Source of the DNA: Octopus sinensis
Lineage: Eukaryota
Length of the DNA: 64,000 nucleotides
NCBI RefSeq assembly: GCF_006345805.1
Contig: NC_043011.1
Coordinates: 61,888,464-61,952,463, forward strand
Reading direction: 5' to 3'
Shown here: positions 13,125 to 25,999 of the stretch, one piece after another
How the letters are laid out: the number at the start of each line of letters is the position of its first letter
Position numbering within the stretch: position 1 is the first letter of the stretch
Made by a program: the position numbers and the translations under genes
Notes under the pieces: model-generated
What the model was told of the DNA's origin: nothing
The model's database searches: none
Seen by the model: only the letters and a program-made list of their open reading frames with translations

Positions 13125-13490
13125 TCTTTGCTCCTTAGGGAGGGGGCCAGTCGATTAGATCGCCCTCAGCATGCAACTGGTACTTATTTAATCGACCCCG
13201 AAAGGATGAAAGGTAAAGTCGACCTCGGCGGAATTTGAACTCAGAACGTAGCGGCAGACGAAATACCTATTTCTTTACTACCCACAAGGGGCTAAACACA
13301 GAGGGGAGAAACAAAGACAGGCAAAAGGATTAAGTCGATTATATCGAGACCAGTGCGTAACTGGTAGTTATTTAATCGACCCCGAAAGGATGAAAGGCAA
13401 AGTCGACCTCGGCGGAATTTGAACTCAGAACGTAGTGGTAGACGAAATACTGTTCAGCATTTCGCCAGGCGTGCTAACGTTTCTGCCGGC
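13125..13490 (-). mobile_element. SINE family B, dimer-like
   Basis: Two copies of ATCGACCCCGAAAGGATGAAAGGNAAAGTCGACCTCGGCGGAATTTGAACTCAGAACG. Confidence 0.9.
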
Positions 13491-13804
13491 CAACGAAATT
13501 ATATTGGTCTTTGCCAAACCGTTAGTGGTGATTCGGCTCACTGTTGACGTTCCATTAATATCTTAATCTCGACAAAGATATTTTCGTTGAAATATTGTTT
13601 AGTTATCGTATCTAAGTTTTAGTTAATATCTTAGGGAGCTCATAGCCCTTCTAAAAGCCCAGGGACTGTTGGCACCCCTAGACATTCGCCGACCATTTTG
13701 TTCCCTGAAACAGTGGCTTAAAGATGTTGCTGTCAATAAGATTAAGAACCATTACCTTTGAATGCAAATATTTTAAAATTTTTTGCTTGAGCCAAAGGAC
13801 TAAT

Positions 13805-14242
13805 AGAGCCGGTTACCCGGTTTCCGGGGTGGATAAACGACTGGGATGACAATATTCTCCCCTGGACGGGATGCCAACTCGTCGCTGGGCTACTCACTTA
13901 AAGCTGAGTGGACGGGAGCAGCATGGGAAGTGAAGTATTTTGCTCAAGAATACAACAGAACGCAACGCGATACAACGTAACGGGGCACAACACAACGTAA
14001 TGAAACATAACACAACGAAACGCAACGTAATGGAACACAACACGACGGAACACAACACGACGTAACGCAAGGGAACACTACACAACGCAACGCAAAGCAA
14101 CACAAGGCAACGCAACGAAACATCACAACACAACGGAACACAAGGAAACACAACTCATTACCCGACTTAGTGCTGGAATCGAAACTGCAATCTTACTATC
14201 ATGAGTGCAACAGCCCAACCACTTGGCTACAAGCCTTCACAC
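13805..14242 (-). mobile_element. SINE family E (CORE-like plus V-like domain) with an expanded pentanucleotide tract at 13950-14152
   Basis: GGAATCGAA B-box complement near 14175; GTGAAGTATTTTGCTCAAGAATACAAC; CCCCTGGACGGGATGCCA; internal (CAACR)n-like array. Confidence 0.7.
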
Positions 14243-14889
14243 ATTTTGCTGTAAATTAATACCTGTCTTTGCAATGGAATATTGAAGAGACGCCTGAAAT
14301 TTAATGTTTTCCATACGTTCATCAGTTGTATTGTTCATTAAGTCTATTCTTGTCTTCGTCTAGGTTAATGTCTCATGTTGATGGATTCCAATTTGATTGG
14401 CTCACGCTTGCGAAGGCTTTTTGTTTTGTAAACTGCGTCTCGCATCGATTTTTTCACCAGTTTATTTAGAAACAGACTTTCATCAGTTATGAATGAATGA
14501 ATTTCAATGTGTTTATGCTGAATGCAATTTTTCCTGAAGTGTATGTATGCGTCTACGTACGTACGTTTGTATGTATGTATGTATGTATGTATGTATGTAT
14601 GTATGTATGTATGTATGTATGTATGTATATATGTATGTATGTATATGTATATGTGTACGTGTGTGACTGCATATATGTATGTGTATATATATAGTGATAT
14701 AAATATGGGGAGAAATATGGAGATAGATAGGGAGAGAGAGATAATAAATATATTTAGACACCCCCACCCCCACATACACACATGCTAACATTATGTGGGT
14801 GTACAAAAATGACCATGAATGCGTGAATATGTGTATTTATGAGTGTGTGTGTGTGTGTGTGCATGTATATATATATACAATATATATAG

Positions 14890-15072
14890 TGAGAACTTAC
14901 AAAAGAACAAAAGACGTAGACGGGTGTGTAAACAACGAACAGATGTATTAGTTTAACGCTCGGGAAATGAAAAAGTCTTTTACGTTTCGAGCCTACGCTC
15001 TTCGACAGAAGGGAACACAGAAAGAAACAAAAAGAGAAAATAGAAAAAGGTTTAGTGGCTAGCGATTTATCA
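14890..15072 (-). mobile_element. PLE-like short element F2 with hammerhead-like motif at 14977-15012
   Basis: rc CUGUCGA-A-GAGC(GUAG)GCUC-GAAA-C-GUA-AAAG; homologous to 19360-19550. Confidence 0.65.
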
Positions 15073-15087
15073 TATATACAAGCATAA

Positions 15088-15167
<80 letters not shown>

Positions 15168-15179
15168 GTATATATATGC

Positions 15180-15319
15180 ATGGCTGCATGCAAAAATTCT
15201 TGCTTCCCAACCACATGGTTCTGGGTTCAGTCCCATTGAGTGGCACCCTGGACCAACCAAAGCCTTGTGAGTGGATTCAGTAGACGGAAACTGAAAGAAG
15301 CCCGTCGTATATACACACA

Positions 15320-15383
<64 letters not shown>

Positions 15384-15774
15384 TATATATTATAAGTCTG
15401 TGTTTGTCTCCACTCAATTGCAGCCGATATTGGTGCGTTCACTTCCACATAACCAAACGGTTCGGCAAAAGAAACCGATAGAATAAGTAGTAGGCTTACA
15501 AAGAATAAGTCTTGGGGGGCGATTTGTTCGACTAAAGGTGGTGCTCCGGCATGGCCGCAGTCAAATGACTGAAACAAGTAAAAGAGTAAAAAAAAATGAT
15601 ATATATATATATATATATACATAGGCGCAGGAGTGGCTGTGTGGGAACCAACCACATGGTTCCGGGTTCAGTCCCACTGCGTGGCACCTTGGGCAAGTGT
15701 CTTCTACTATAGCCTCGGGCCGACCAAAGCCTTGTGAGTGGATTTGGTAGACGGAAATTGAAAGAAGCACGTCG

Positions 15775-15807
<33 letters not shown>

Positions 15808-16027
15808 TTGTGTGTCTGTGTTTGTCCCCCTAGCATTGCTTGACAACCGATGCTGGTGTGTTTATGTCCCCGTTACTTAGCGGTTCGGCAAAAGAGACCG
15901 ATAGGATAAGTACTGGGCTTACAAAAGAATAAGTCCCGGGGTCGAGTTGCTCGATTGAAGGCGGTGCTCCAGCATGGCCGCAGTCAAATGACTGAAACAA
16001 GTTTAAGAGTAAAAGAGTAAAGAGTAA
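15180..16027 (+). mobile_element. two tandem SINE family A copies (about 15180-15598 and 15624-16027)
   Basis: Head, internal TA/TG tract and GAGTAAAA tail, each present twice. Confidence 0.9.
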
Positions 16028-16404
16028 TATCTGTACGTGCGTTCACACACACACACACACACACACACACGCGCGCGCGCGTATATGTATATAGATATAT
16101 AAACCTTTCTAAATACACGCGGCCGTACCTTAAAATAGAGAATGATACATCGCACAGGCGTTGATCTGGCCATACCATATACGGAAACATGAGATGGTCA
16201 GGATGATAACAGCTTGTATCATTCACCTCCATCAGTTTTTAGCTGGGGCAACACAACATCCACAATAGCACTAACAACAACAGCCCACAATAAGCTTTTA
16301 TGAGCATTCCCATCAAGGAACAAAAATTCTTTTCATTATACCTTAAATAGAAACACTGACTTTTATATTATCATTACTTATTTTTTTAAAATTTGTTTCT
16401 GTAT

Positions 16405-16562
16405 AGGCGTAGATGTGGTTGTGCAATAAGAAGCTTGCTTCCCAACCACAAGGTTCTGGGTTCAGTTACATTGCGTGGCACCTTGACCATGTGTCTCCTA
16501 CTATAGCCTCGGACAGACCAAAGTGGATTTGGTAGACGGAAACTGAATGAAGCACTTCGTAT
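16405..16562 (+). mobile_element. SINE family A, 5' half
   Basis: GGCGTAGATGTGGTTGTG...GGTAGACGGAAACTGAA. Confidence 0.85.
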
Positions 16563-16704
16563 ATACATATTTGTGTATGTATGTGTATGTGTATGTACAA
16601 AATATGCATATTCCACTATTATTGTTATCATCATCGTTATATTATTATTATTATTATTATTATTATAATTATTATTATTATTATTATTATTATTATCATT
16701 ATTA

Positions 16705-16742
<38 letters not shown>

Positions 16743-16784
16743 TTGTTATTATCATCATTATTATTATTATCATTGTCATCATTA

Positions 16785-17040
16785 TCAAAAATGGGGTTTT
16801 GAAACCAGATGGTACAATCACCGGGTAGAAAAAGTACTTGAGTTGGAAACATGCAAGGCAAGATTTTGTGGGATTTTCCCATTCAAATAATTTGGAAAGA
16901 ACATAACAGGTCAGATATTACAGTCATGGACAAAGAAAATTGAATTTTCATACTGATTGATCCATCGTATCCATTTGATACTAGCATCGTACATGAAAAC
17001 AGAAGAAAATTTGAAAGAAAACACCCCCTTAAAATTTGAG
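16785..17040 (+). pseudogene. R4/Dong-like LINE fragment, restriction-like endonuclease region
   Basis: Frameshifted translation WYNHRVEKVLE..KILWDFPIQ..HNRSDITVMDK..ILIDPSYPFD matches the KILWDF..RPD..LID.A.P.D pattern. Confidence 0.75.
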
Positions 17041-17204
17041 TTTGTTGTCCATCTTAGCAACATGTCTACAAAGGTATTCATATGAAAACCCTCTCCTCTA
17101 TCTTCCCTGACACTTCTCAACGTCTGCCAGTTTTCATTCGTGTTTTGCTTATCTTTCCATGAAATTTGAAACTGAACCACATCGAAAGTTGTCGTAGTTA
17201 AAAT

Positions 17205-17591
17205 CATGGCACTCTACCGGTTGCGACTACGAGGGTTCTAATTGATCCGATCAACGGAAAAGCCTGCTCGTGAAATTAACGTGCAAGTGGCTGAGCATTC
17301 CATAGACACGTGTACCCTTAACGTAGTTCTCGGGGATATTCAGCGTAACACTGAGTGTGACAAGGCTGGCCCTTGGAAATACAGGTACAAGAGAAACATG
17401 AAGAAAGAGTGAAAGAAAGTTGTGGTTAAAGAGTACAGCAGGATTTGTTTCCAACCCCTGCCGGAGCATCGTGGAGTTTTTATGTGTGTGTTCCCTCAAT
17501 AATCACTCACAACACCCGGTCTGGGAATCGAAACTACGATCCTACGACCGTGATTCCGCTGCCTTAACCACTGGGCCATTGCACCTCCCAC
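17205..17591 (-). mobile_element. SINE family C (tRNA head, Deu/Nin-like body), full length with TSD
   Basis: rc head GGAGGTGCAATGGCCCAGTGGTTAAGGCAG...GTTTCGATTCCC; TSD AGTTAAAAT at 17196-17204 and 17592-17600. Confidence 0.9.
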
Positions 17592-17924
17592 AGTTAAAAT
17601 AATGTTATTGCTGCACTTGTAAGTTGTTTGCTAATGGTAATGGTAATGGTGGTGGTGGTTGTGGTGGTTTGAGGGTGGTGTTTGTTTCTTCTAGTCGTTG
17701 TAGCTTTGGGCAAACAATCAGCTTTTGGTCCCAAGAGACAGAGTTACGGAACTAACATACAACCAGTGCAAAGTATAACATGTTCTTTTAAGATTGGTTA
17801 CCTCTTTAAAATGCCAGATTTCATATTACAAAACAAAAAGCATTCACAGGTGCACACACACACACACACATACGTGAGCATACACACATTTATATTTACC
17901 TTTCTGTCTCATCTATCTGTCTGT

Positions 17925-17973
<49 letters not shown>

Positions 17974-18027
17974 CGTGTGTATGTATGTATGTATGTATGT
18001 ATGTATATATGTATGTATGCATGTATG

Positions 18028-18080
<53 letters not shown>

Positions 18081-18139
18081 GTTATATATATATTATATAT
18101 AAATATATATATATATAAGAGAGAGATATATAGATATTG

Positions 18140-18141
18140 AT

Positions 18142-18203
<62 letters not shown>

Positions 18204-18204
18204 G

Positions 18205-18279
<75 letters not shown>

Positions 18280-18300
18280 GATAGATAGATAGATAGATAT
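18140..18300. repeat. (TAGA)n microsatellite
   Basis: Directly visible. Confidence 0.95.
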
Positions 18301-18309
18301 AGATATTTA

Positions 18310-18512
18310 CAGTGATCCCTCGACTGTCGCGCGTGTTATGTTCTAAAACCTCCCACAGAAATAATTAAAGTCTAAAAGAAAATACAAATATCTATCGGCT
18401 GCAGAAACCCGCCACATACTGAGTAGTCCGTGATATAAATTGACATATAATAACCAGAAAAAACCGCGATGTACTGAGTGCACGATAGGTGAACCGCGAT
18501 ATGGTGAGGGAT

Positions 18513-18517
<5 letters not shown>
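18310..18517. mobile_element. pogo/Tigger-like MITE
   Basis: TA + CAGTGATCCCTCG...GAGGGATTACTC termini; internal CCGCGAT motifs. Confidence 0.7.
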
Positions 18518-18554
<37 letters not shown>

Positions 18555-18574
18555 TTGTGTGTGCGCGCGTGTAA

Positions 18575-18765
18575 ATATTGTTGTTAAATGCTCGAAATAC
18601 GAGACTAGAAAAACAGCCAACAACTGATGAAGGGTCGTCCTTTATGTCGTTTGTTTTGTTCTCCATTTGTGTCTTCCGTTGTTCAAAAGAATAGTTCATG
18701 TTCAATGTATTCATGCTTGGTTTTTTTTTTTTTTTTTTGTACACGTTTCGTGACTCCTGTGCCCA
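18575..18765 (+). mobile_element. PLE-like fragment F4
   Basis: CGAAA...CTGATGAAGGG followed by a T-rich tail into (TA)n; similar to 35205-35372 (-) and 42600-42780 (+). Confidence 0.55.
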
Positions 18766-18772
18766 CATATGC

Positions 18773-18827
<55 letters not shown>

Positions 18828-18828
<1 letters not shown>

Positions 18829-19065
18829 GGCGCCTGTGTCATCCTTGTTTTTAACCGTTACTGTCTTCAAAAAAGTTTTTTTCGTTTCGTGTTCGTCTCT
18901 GTTGCGTTGCATTCTTTCCTTCTGGGGCTGGCCGATTCAGAGCAGATCTCAGAATTAAACAGCCGAAATCTGCGTGATGAATCGGTTTCTGACTGAAGAA
19001 CGAAGGCTTTGAATGACCCGTCTGTCTCTTATGTTCGTCCCTTCGTGTATTTCACGTTATTTATA
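18828..19065 (+). mobile_element. PLE-like fragment F5
   Basis: CCGAAAT...GACTGAAGAA...GAATGACCCGTCT, shared with 32625-32785 (-); lies between (TA)n arrays. Confidence 0.55.
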
Positions 19066-19077
19066 TATGTAAAGGTT

Positions 19078-19135
<58 letters not shown>

Positions 19136-19189
19136 TATATATATATATATATATATAATAGTAAGTATGTACATGTACGTATGTATATA

Positions 19190-19265
<76 letters not shown>

Positions 19266-19359
19266 TATATACATATATACATATATGCATATATACATAT
19301 ATACATATATACATATATATATTATTTATATTATTATATACACACACATATATATATAG

Positions 19360-19550
19360 TTGAAATTTACGGAAAAACAAAAGACGACGACAGGTGTATA
19401 AACAACAAGCAGATGTATTAGTTTAACGATCGGGAAAGTGATAATGTCTTTTACGTTTCGAGCCTACGCTCTTCAACAGAAAGGAACACGATGAAATAAA
19501 CAGAGAGAGAATGAAAAAAACTTTTGGATCTAGCAGTCAATCATGGCGCC
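19360..19550 (-). mobile_element. PLE-like short element F2 with hammerhead-like motif at 19448-19483
   Basis: rc CUUU-CUGUUGA-A-GAGC(GUAG)GCUC-GAAA-C-GUA-AAAG. Confidence 0.65.
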
Positions 19551-19870
19551 TAGCTATATACATACATACATAAGTATGTATGTAATGGTGTTGTTTTAAT
19601 TTTTCATTTTTCAGTGGTTTTACAAATTTCCGTACGTATATCTTGTAATTGGCTTAGAACAATTAAGTACACTCCTGTATTTATCACCAACGTTTCTAGA
19701 TTTCCATTGCCTCATCTTCAGGATGAGAATTGTAATTGACAAGCACAATTGCCTTTTTTATGAAAAGTGGATGTAATTTGTGTAGATTTCATTGGTTTAA
19801 TGGGTTCTTCTTGTTCACCACCACCACCATCACCACCATCATCATCATCTTCATCATCATCGTCATTATC

Positions 19871-19931
<61 letters not shown>

Positions 19932-20024
19932 TAATAATAATAATAACAACAACAATAACAATAACAATAACAATAACAACAACTAACACAATAGCTCGCT
20001 GAGTGCTTGCAGAAAGGCACAATA

Positions 20025-21300
20025 TCCAGCTGGATGACAAAGAGGAAGACATTATTATGTGTCAAGGATCCTGAAGAGAGAAATGTCGCAATTGACTTTT
20101 GACCTTCTGTTAATGTGGAAACTAATGTCTGGTTCTTTGGCCAGTGAAATGTATAGATACTTGGGAAAAAACGGGCTGCTGCCCATTGAACAAAAAGGAT
20201 GGCGAAAAAGAAGGCTGCTCTTAATTGATAATCTAATTATCAGCTCTTAATTGATAATCAGCTCTTAATTGATCATCTAATTATCAGCTCTTAATTGATA
20301 ATGTAATTATCAGGAACTGCAAGAGAAGACATACAGACCTGAGCATGGCATGGGTCGACTATCGCAAAACATTCGATATGATGCCACGCTCCTGGATTAT
20401 AAGAACGATGGAAATGTATGGAGTAGCAGAGAATATAAAAGCCTTATATGAAATAACAGGAAATACTAGAGAACGGAATTGTTGCAAAATGTCCCAGGGT
20501 GGCCCAGGGAGAATATAAGAGAATATAACTAAATGTAGATATGAGGAACTTGTGAAAGTTTTATACTCGAAGCTTTGTCTAAAATGGGAGTTTGAAGTAG
20601 AGAACAGATGATACAGTCGTCAGGTAGAAAGAGTATTTGTGTCAGAAACATGCAAGATTTTGTGGGATTTTCCCATTGAAATGGTTTTAAAAAAGCATTA
20701 CAGGTTGGATATTACAATCATACTGATTGATTCATCGTGTCCGTTTGATACTAGCATCGTAGATAAAAACATGAACATTTGGAAAACTACAACGCCTTAA
20801 AATTTGAACTTGTTATCATCTTATTAACATTTGTTGATGTTCATATGAAAACCCTCTCCTCCTCTATCTTCCCTGACACTTCTCAACGTCTGCCAGTTTT
20901 CATTCGCGTTTTGCTTATCTCTCCAAGAAATTTGAAATCAAGACACTTCAAAAGTTGTAATAATTAAAATAATGTTATTGCTGCACTCGTGGTTCTGGTG
21001 GTGGTGGTGGTGGTGGTGGTGGTGGTGGTGGTGCTGTTTTTTTTTTCTTTTTGTTGTTACTAGGATTGTGAAGGGTGAAGACGAAAAGTCGAAAAAATAC
21101 AGCAACCCTTTAAAATTTGAGATAGTGACGATTAGGAACAGGAAATTTGTAAAGATTCTGCCTGTGAATATTGGTGCATTTGAGAATGCGAATGATGAAA
21201 TAGACAGATATATAAAGGAGATTTTGAATGGAATCTGCTGAGGAGCTTCTACAGATGGTTCGGCTCTTAGGAATAGGAAAATCATCAAGATGGTTTTCAG
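20025..21300 (+). pseudogene. R4/Dong-like LINE remnant (RT start, large deletion, REL endonuclease, C-terminus)
   Basis: MWKLMSG..LLPIEQKGWRK; QLLIDN..CKRRHTDLSMAWVDYRKTFDMMPRSWI; KILWDFPI; EKSKKY..LKFEI..ILPVNIGA; stops and frameshifts throughout. Confidence 0.85.
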
Positions 21301-21614
21301 TAATTAATGGCTCGTTGAGATCATGTGGCCATCCAAGTTATAAGTTGTTACGTACACGATACCGTCGACCCCAGTATGTTACTGGTAAATGCAATATCAT
21401 AAATTTCGAGGAATGGGTTAGTCGATTGTATAGACGCCTGTACTTATCTCGTACTTTATTTTATTGACCTCAGAAAGCTGAAAAGTAAAGATGACTTTTC
21501 GGTAGTATCTGAATACGGGATACAAAGAGTTAGAATAAAAACCAGCATTTTAGCCCCGACTCTGTTATGAACCTGTCCATATAAAAACAAAAACAAAAAA
21601 AGAAAGGTAAGCGA

Positions 21615-21960
21615 GATAGCAAAAAGACGGAAAGAAATAATGACATCAAAAGGAAGTTTGGTATGTCTTGGATTCATTACCGAAAAAGTATCGGGTAACA
21701 TTCTAGATTCTTGAATAATAGAAACATAAAAAGCAACCTCACTACTAACCTACTACAATCAAACAACAAACACACAACAAGGCAAAGGGGAAATAATTAA
21801 AGACAGCTTTATGTGTGGTAAGTAGTTTGCTTACGAACCACATGGTTCCGGGTTCAGTCCCACTGCGTGGTACCTTGGGCAAGTGTCTTCTACTATAGCC
21901 TCGTGCCGACTAAAGCCTTGTGAGTGGATTTGATAGATGGAAACTGAAAGCCCGTCGTAT

Positions 21961-21994
<34 letters not shown>

Positions 21995-21999
21995 ATATA

Positions 22000-22058
<59 letters not shown>

Positions 22059-22935
22059 TATGTTTGTGTGTCTGTGTTTGTCCCCCCCAACTTCGCTTGA
22101 TAACTGATGCTGGTGTGTTTACGTCCTCGTAACTTAGCGGTTCGGCAATAGAATAAGTACTAGGCTTACAAAGAATAAGTCCTGGGGTCGATTTGCTCGA
22201 CTAAAGGCGGTGCTCCAGCATGGCCACAGTCAAATGACTGAAACAAATAAAAGAGTAAAAGAGTAAAGAGTATACGAAAAAGAATCTTGCAATGGCTAAT
22301 CCTTGTCCGCTTTACTCTTTTACTTGACTCTGGATCTATCAATAAATCTTGTTGAATGAAACCATTGTCGGTCACAGATGCTTCAGATAAATTATATGAA
22401 CAATCTTCTTAATGTGGAGACTTTTAAATACTTAGAAGAGTTAACGGGAAAAAAAAACCTACTGAAAATCGTTTATAAATTCATTCTAGCAATAAAGAGA
22501 TTAGGCATACGAATGAAAAAAGCAAATTAACTAGAATTGAGTACATTAGATAAAATGCAAATACTGAAATGAGAGAATTAGACCTGAACCAAGCATATAA
22601 ATACTGAGGGGGAGGGGGAGGAGATAAAACTGATAAAATATAGCACACAGAAATGAAGTAGAAAATTGGGAAAGATTCTTTCTGGAGTCTTCGTGATATT
22701 ATGAAATGAACTTAATGCTAGACGTAGATAACAGGTATAAATACGGTTGCCATCCTAGTTATAAAACCACAGCTTCTTTATAATAAAGTGGATGTTAAGT
22801 GACTTGAAGAGCTTAGACAGAACAAAAATAACTCACGAAGACTACAGACGGAGTTCTGAAGCTACCACCCAGAAGCTGATACAGATAGAATGTACTTACA
22901 AGAAATATGGAGTCCGATACAAACAACAATCTATT
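21615..22935 (+). pseudogene. second R4/Dong-like RT remnant, interrupted by SINE A
   Basis: GMSWIHYRK..DS*IIET; ELDLNQAYKY; ELNAR..ITGINTVAI; LKSLDR; YHPEADTDRMYL (compare HPKADVDRLY). Confidence 0.7.
21810..22270 (+). mobile_element. SINE family A
   Basis: Near-complete copy with (GAGTAAA)n tail. Confidence 0.9.
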
Positions 22936-22944
22936 ACAAGACAA

Positions 22945-23440
22945 CAATAAGGCGGACAAGATGCTTAGCGGTATTTCTTCCGGTTAAGGCGCGAGCTGGC
23001 AGACTTGTTAGCACGCCGGGAAAAATGCTTAGCAGTATTTCGCTTGTTGCTGCGTTCGGAGTTCAAATCCCGCCGGGGCCGACTTTGCCTTAAGGCGGCG
23101 AGCTGGCAGAAATGTTAGCCCACCGGGCGAAGTGCGTAGCCGCATTTCGTCTGCCGCTACGTTCTGAGATCAAATTCCGCCGAGGTCGACTTTGCCTTTC
23201 ATCCTTTCAGGGTCGATTAAATAGCTACAAGTTACGCACTGAGGTCAATATAATCGACTTAATCCGTCTGTCTGTCCTTGTTTATCCTCACTGTGTTTGG
23301 CCCCTTGTGGGTAGTAAAGAAATAGGTATTCAGTCTGTCTTTACATTCTGAGTTCAAATTCCGCTGAGGTCGACTTTGCCTTTCATACGGCTACGCATTT
23401 CGCCCGGCGTGTTAACGTTTCTACCAGCTCGCCACTTTTA
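22945..23440 (+). mobile_element. SINE family B cluster (repeated heads, plus an inverted head at about 23386-23437)
   Basis: Repeated GCGAGCTGGCAGA heads and Meta-like cores. Confidence 0.85.
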
Positions 23441-23932
23441 GGAGTTAAAAAGTGAAAACTATAAATAGTAGCGAAAATATAAATGATACGGAAGCTTATC
23501 TCCCTTGTCAGTCATTAAGATAGTGCTCTTGTGACTAGTGACTAGGTTATACACTTACTTGTAGCAATGCCGGTACCACTTACTACCCCCTGTCAATTTA
23601 GTGGCGTCTATAAATTTGCCTTTAGTTTGATAAATTGTTAATAAGCCACTCATATTATTTATAGTTTTCATTTTTATTGTGAGACGGTTTAACTCTTATT
23701 TCTAGCAATGCTGGTACTACTTAAGTAACCTCTATTACTTGAGTGACGTCTATGTGTGTGTATCAAGCTGGTGGAGAGTGATTCGCTTCTTTACTCAAAA
23801 TATATCGGACACAGGTTGTGTGTCGTTAACCAGCTGGAAAAGACGTTTTCCTGGGGTTAAAATGTAGTAACAGCTTCGTATAGAACAGCCATTTTATAGT
23901 GGCAAGAAAACGTTGCTGTCTAGTAATATATA

Positions 23933-25214
23933 CGAGGGACGTTCAATAAGTAATGCTCCTGACCCACTTGCAGTTATTTGATCTAGCTGAAATTTTGGAT
24001 GTGCAATTATGCATTTATCTATCGATTACGTGGCAAATTACAGCTCTGGACTAATTGCGGTTCCTGATTCACATGTGTTTGAACTGAGTCAAGTATGAAA
24101 TGGAGCCTGTTGAGTGTCGAGCAGTGATCCGATTTTGTATTTGAAAGGACGCACACCACGGAAGACTTTTGATGAATGAAAGTAACTTATGGTGATGATG
24201 CCCCATCATATGACCTTGTAAACGCTGGCATCGTGAATTTAACACGGTCGGAACTCTGTTGGAAACAGCTCCCAGATCTGGTCGCCCCCCTTCTACCATT
24301 GATGAGGCATCTGTCCGTCAAATTGAGGCTGCCATTTTGGAAGATCGACGCATAACTATTCACCAAATAGCCCATGAGGTCAAGATTAGTTCCGGGTCTG
24401 TGGAAACTATCATTCATGACCATTTGGATATGCAAAAGGTGTCTGCTAAATGGATTCCCAGGTTGCTCACACCTTTCCAGAAGCAAGAACGCGTCGAGTG
24501 CACGAGGATGAATTTGGAGATGTGCGAAGAAGATGAGTCAAAATTTTTCAAAAGACTGATTACACAGGATGAAACCTGAGTCCATCACTATGATCCAGAG
24601 ACCAAAGCCCAGTCAATGCAGCGGAAGCACCGTGACTCACCTCCTCCAAAGAAGGCAAGGTTGCAGCCCTCCGCTGGCAAGGTCATGCTCACAGTCTTCT
24701 GGGACCAGGACGGAGTAGTGATGACAGATTTCCTGGCAAAGGGTACCACAATTACAGGAGCCTATTATGCTTCACTTTTGAGGAAATTAAGAGAAGCTAT
24801 CAAAATCAAGAGGCGGGGCAAGATCAGCAAAGGCATTCTCCTCCTGCAGGACAACGCTCCGGTCCACAACCTGCTTCTCGCCAGATCAGAAGCACAGGCG
24901 TGCAGCTATGAACTCCACCCCCTACTCTCCTGACCTTGCACCCTCTGATTTTCACCTCTTCCCAGCCATGAAGTTGTTTTTGAAAGGAAAGCATTTCCCA
25001 GATGATGCAGCCTTGATTTCTGAAGTCACGTCGTGGTTGGAGGACCAAGCTGGTGTCTTCTACAAAAACGGTCTCTAGAGCTGCATCACACGATGGGAGA
25101 AATGCGTAACTCTGGGTGTTTCCTATGTAGACAAAGACTAATAACTGTACCAGGTTTCGTTGCTCTACTGCTATAGGAAGTGGGTCAGGGGCATTACTTA
25201 TTGAACGCCCCTCG
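23933..25214 (+). mobile_element. full-length mariner transposon (irritans-like)
   Basis: TA at 23931-23932 and 25215-25216; ~37-bp TIR CGAGGGRCGTTCAATAAGTAATGCYCCTGACCCACTT; 1282 bp. Confidence 0.95.
24100..25141 (+). pseudogene. mariner transposase, disrupted
   Basis: MEPVECRAVIRF start, RSGRP, WIPRLL, TQDET*VHHYDPETK, QDNAPVH, PYSPDLAPSDFHLF; frameshifts and two nonsense codons. Confidence 0.95.
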
Positions 25215-25231
25215 TATATATATACATACAT

Positions 25232-25430
25232 ACGTGTACCGTTGGCGATTTTTTTCCTCTGTCTTCCCTCCTCTGGATCTTTCCTTTTCCTATGTTTCCA
25301 ACGAAGAGCTCCGCTCGAAACGTTAAACTCCTTTTTTCCTTCTTTCCTGAGCGTCCAATAATACTATATTTGTGTCCACGTCTCGCGTTGGTGTGTTTTT
25401 TGTGCTGCTTCTTGTTTGGATTAACTTTCT
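25232..25430 (+). mobile_element. PLE-like short element F1, hammerhead core mutated (25294-25328)
   Basis: GTTT-CCAACGA-A-GAGCTCCGCTC-GAAA-C-GTT-AAAC; ends in (TA)n. Confidence 0.7.
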
Positions 25431-25439
25431 ATATATATA

Positions 25440-25524
<85 letters not shown>

Positions 25525-25999
25525 GCATATATATATATATAATATATATATATATATATTTATATATACTGTGTGTGTATGTATGTATTTAGTTATGTAT
25601 GTATGCATGTATGTATGTATCTATATATGTATGCATTATGTATGTATGTATGTGTATGTGTATGTATGTATATATTCCTCTAGTTTGACGAGAAAGAAGA
25701 TAAGAGTTATGAACATGTGCCGAATGTTATACATGATAGCTAATAACGACTTCGCCAAAATTCTCTGGAACCGGATGTCCTGATTGAAGAGAGGTTCAAA
25801 GCAAATTGCCCAGATTTAATAACGAAGAACTACAACAAAACTATTCAGCCACCCGCCTCTAACAGATATCACGATTCCTTCTGGCGATAAGGAAATGGAG
25901 AAGCTTTGACCTTAGGTCTGCTTAATGGGGCCTGACCGGGGTTAAACAGCAACGACAACAGTGGCTACTGTGTAAGAAAAACAATAAAGATTAATTTAG

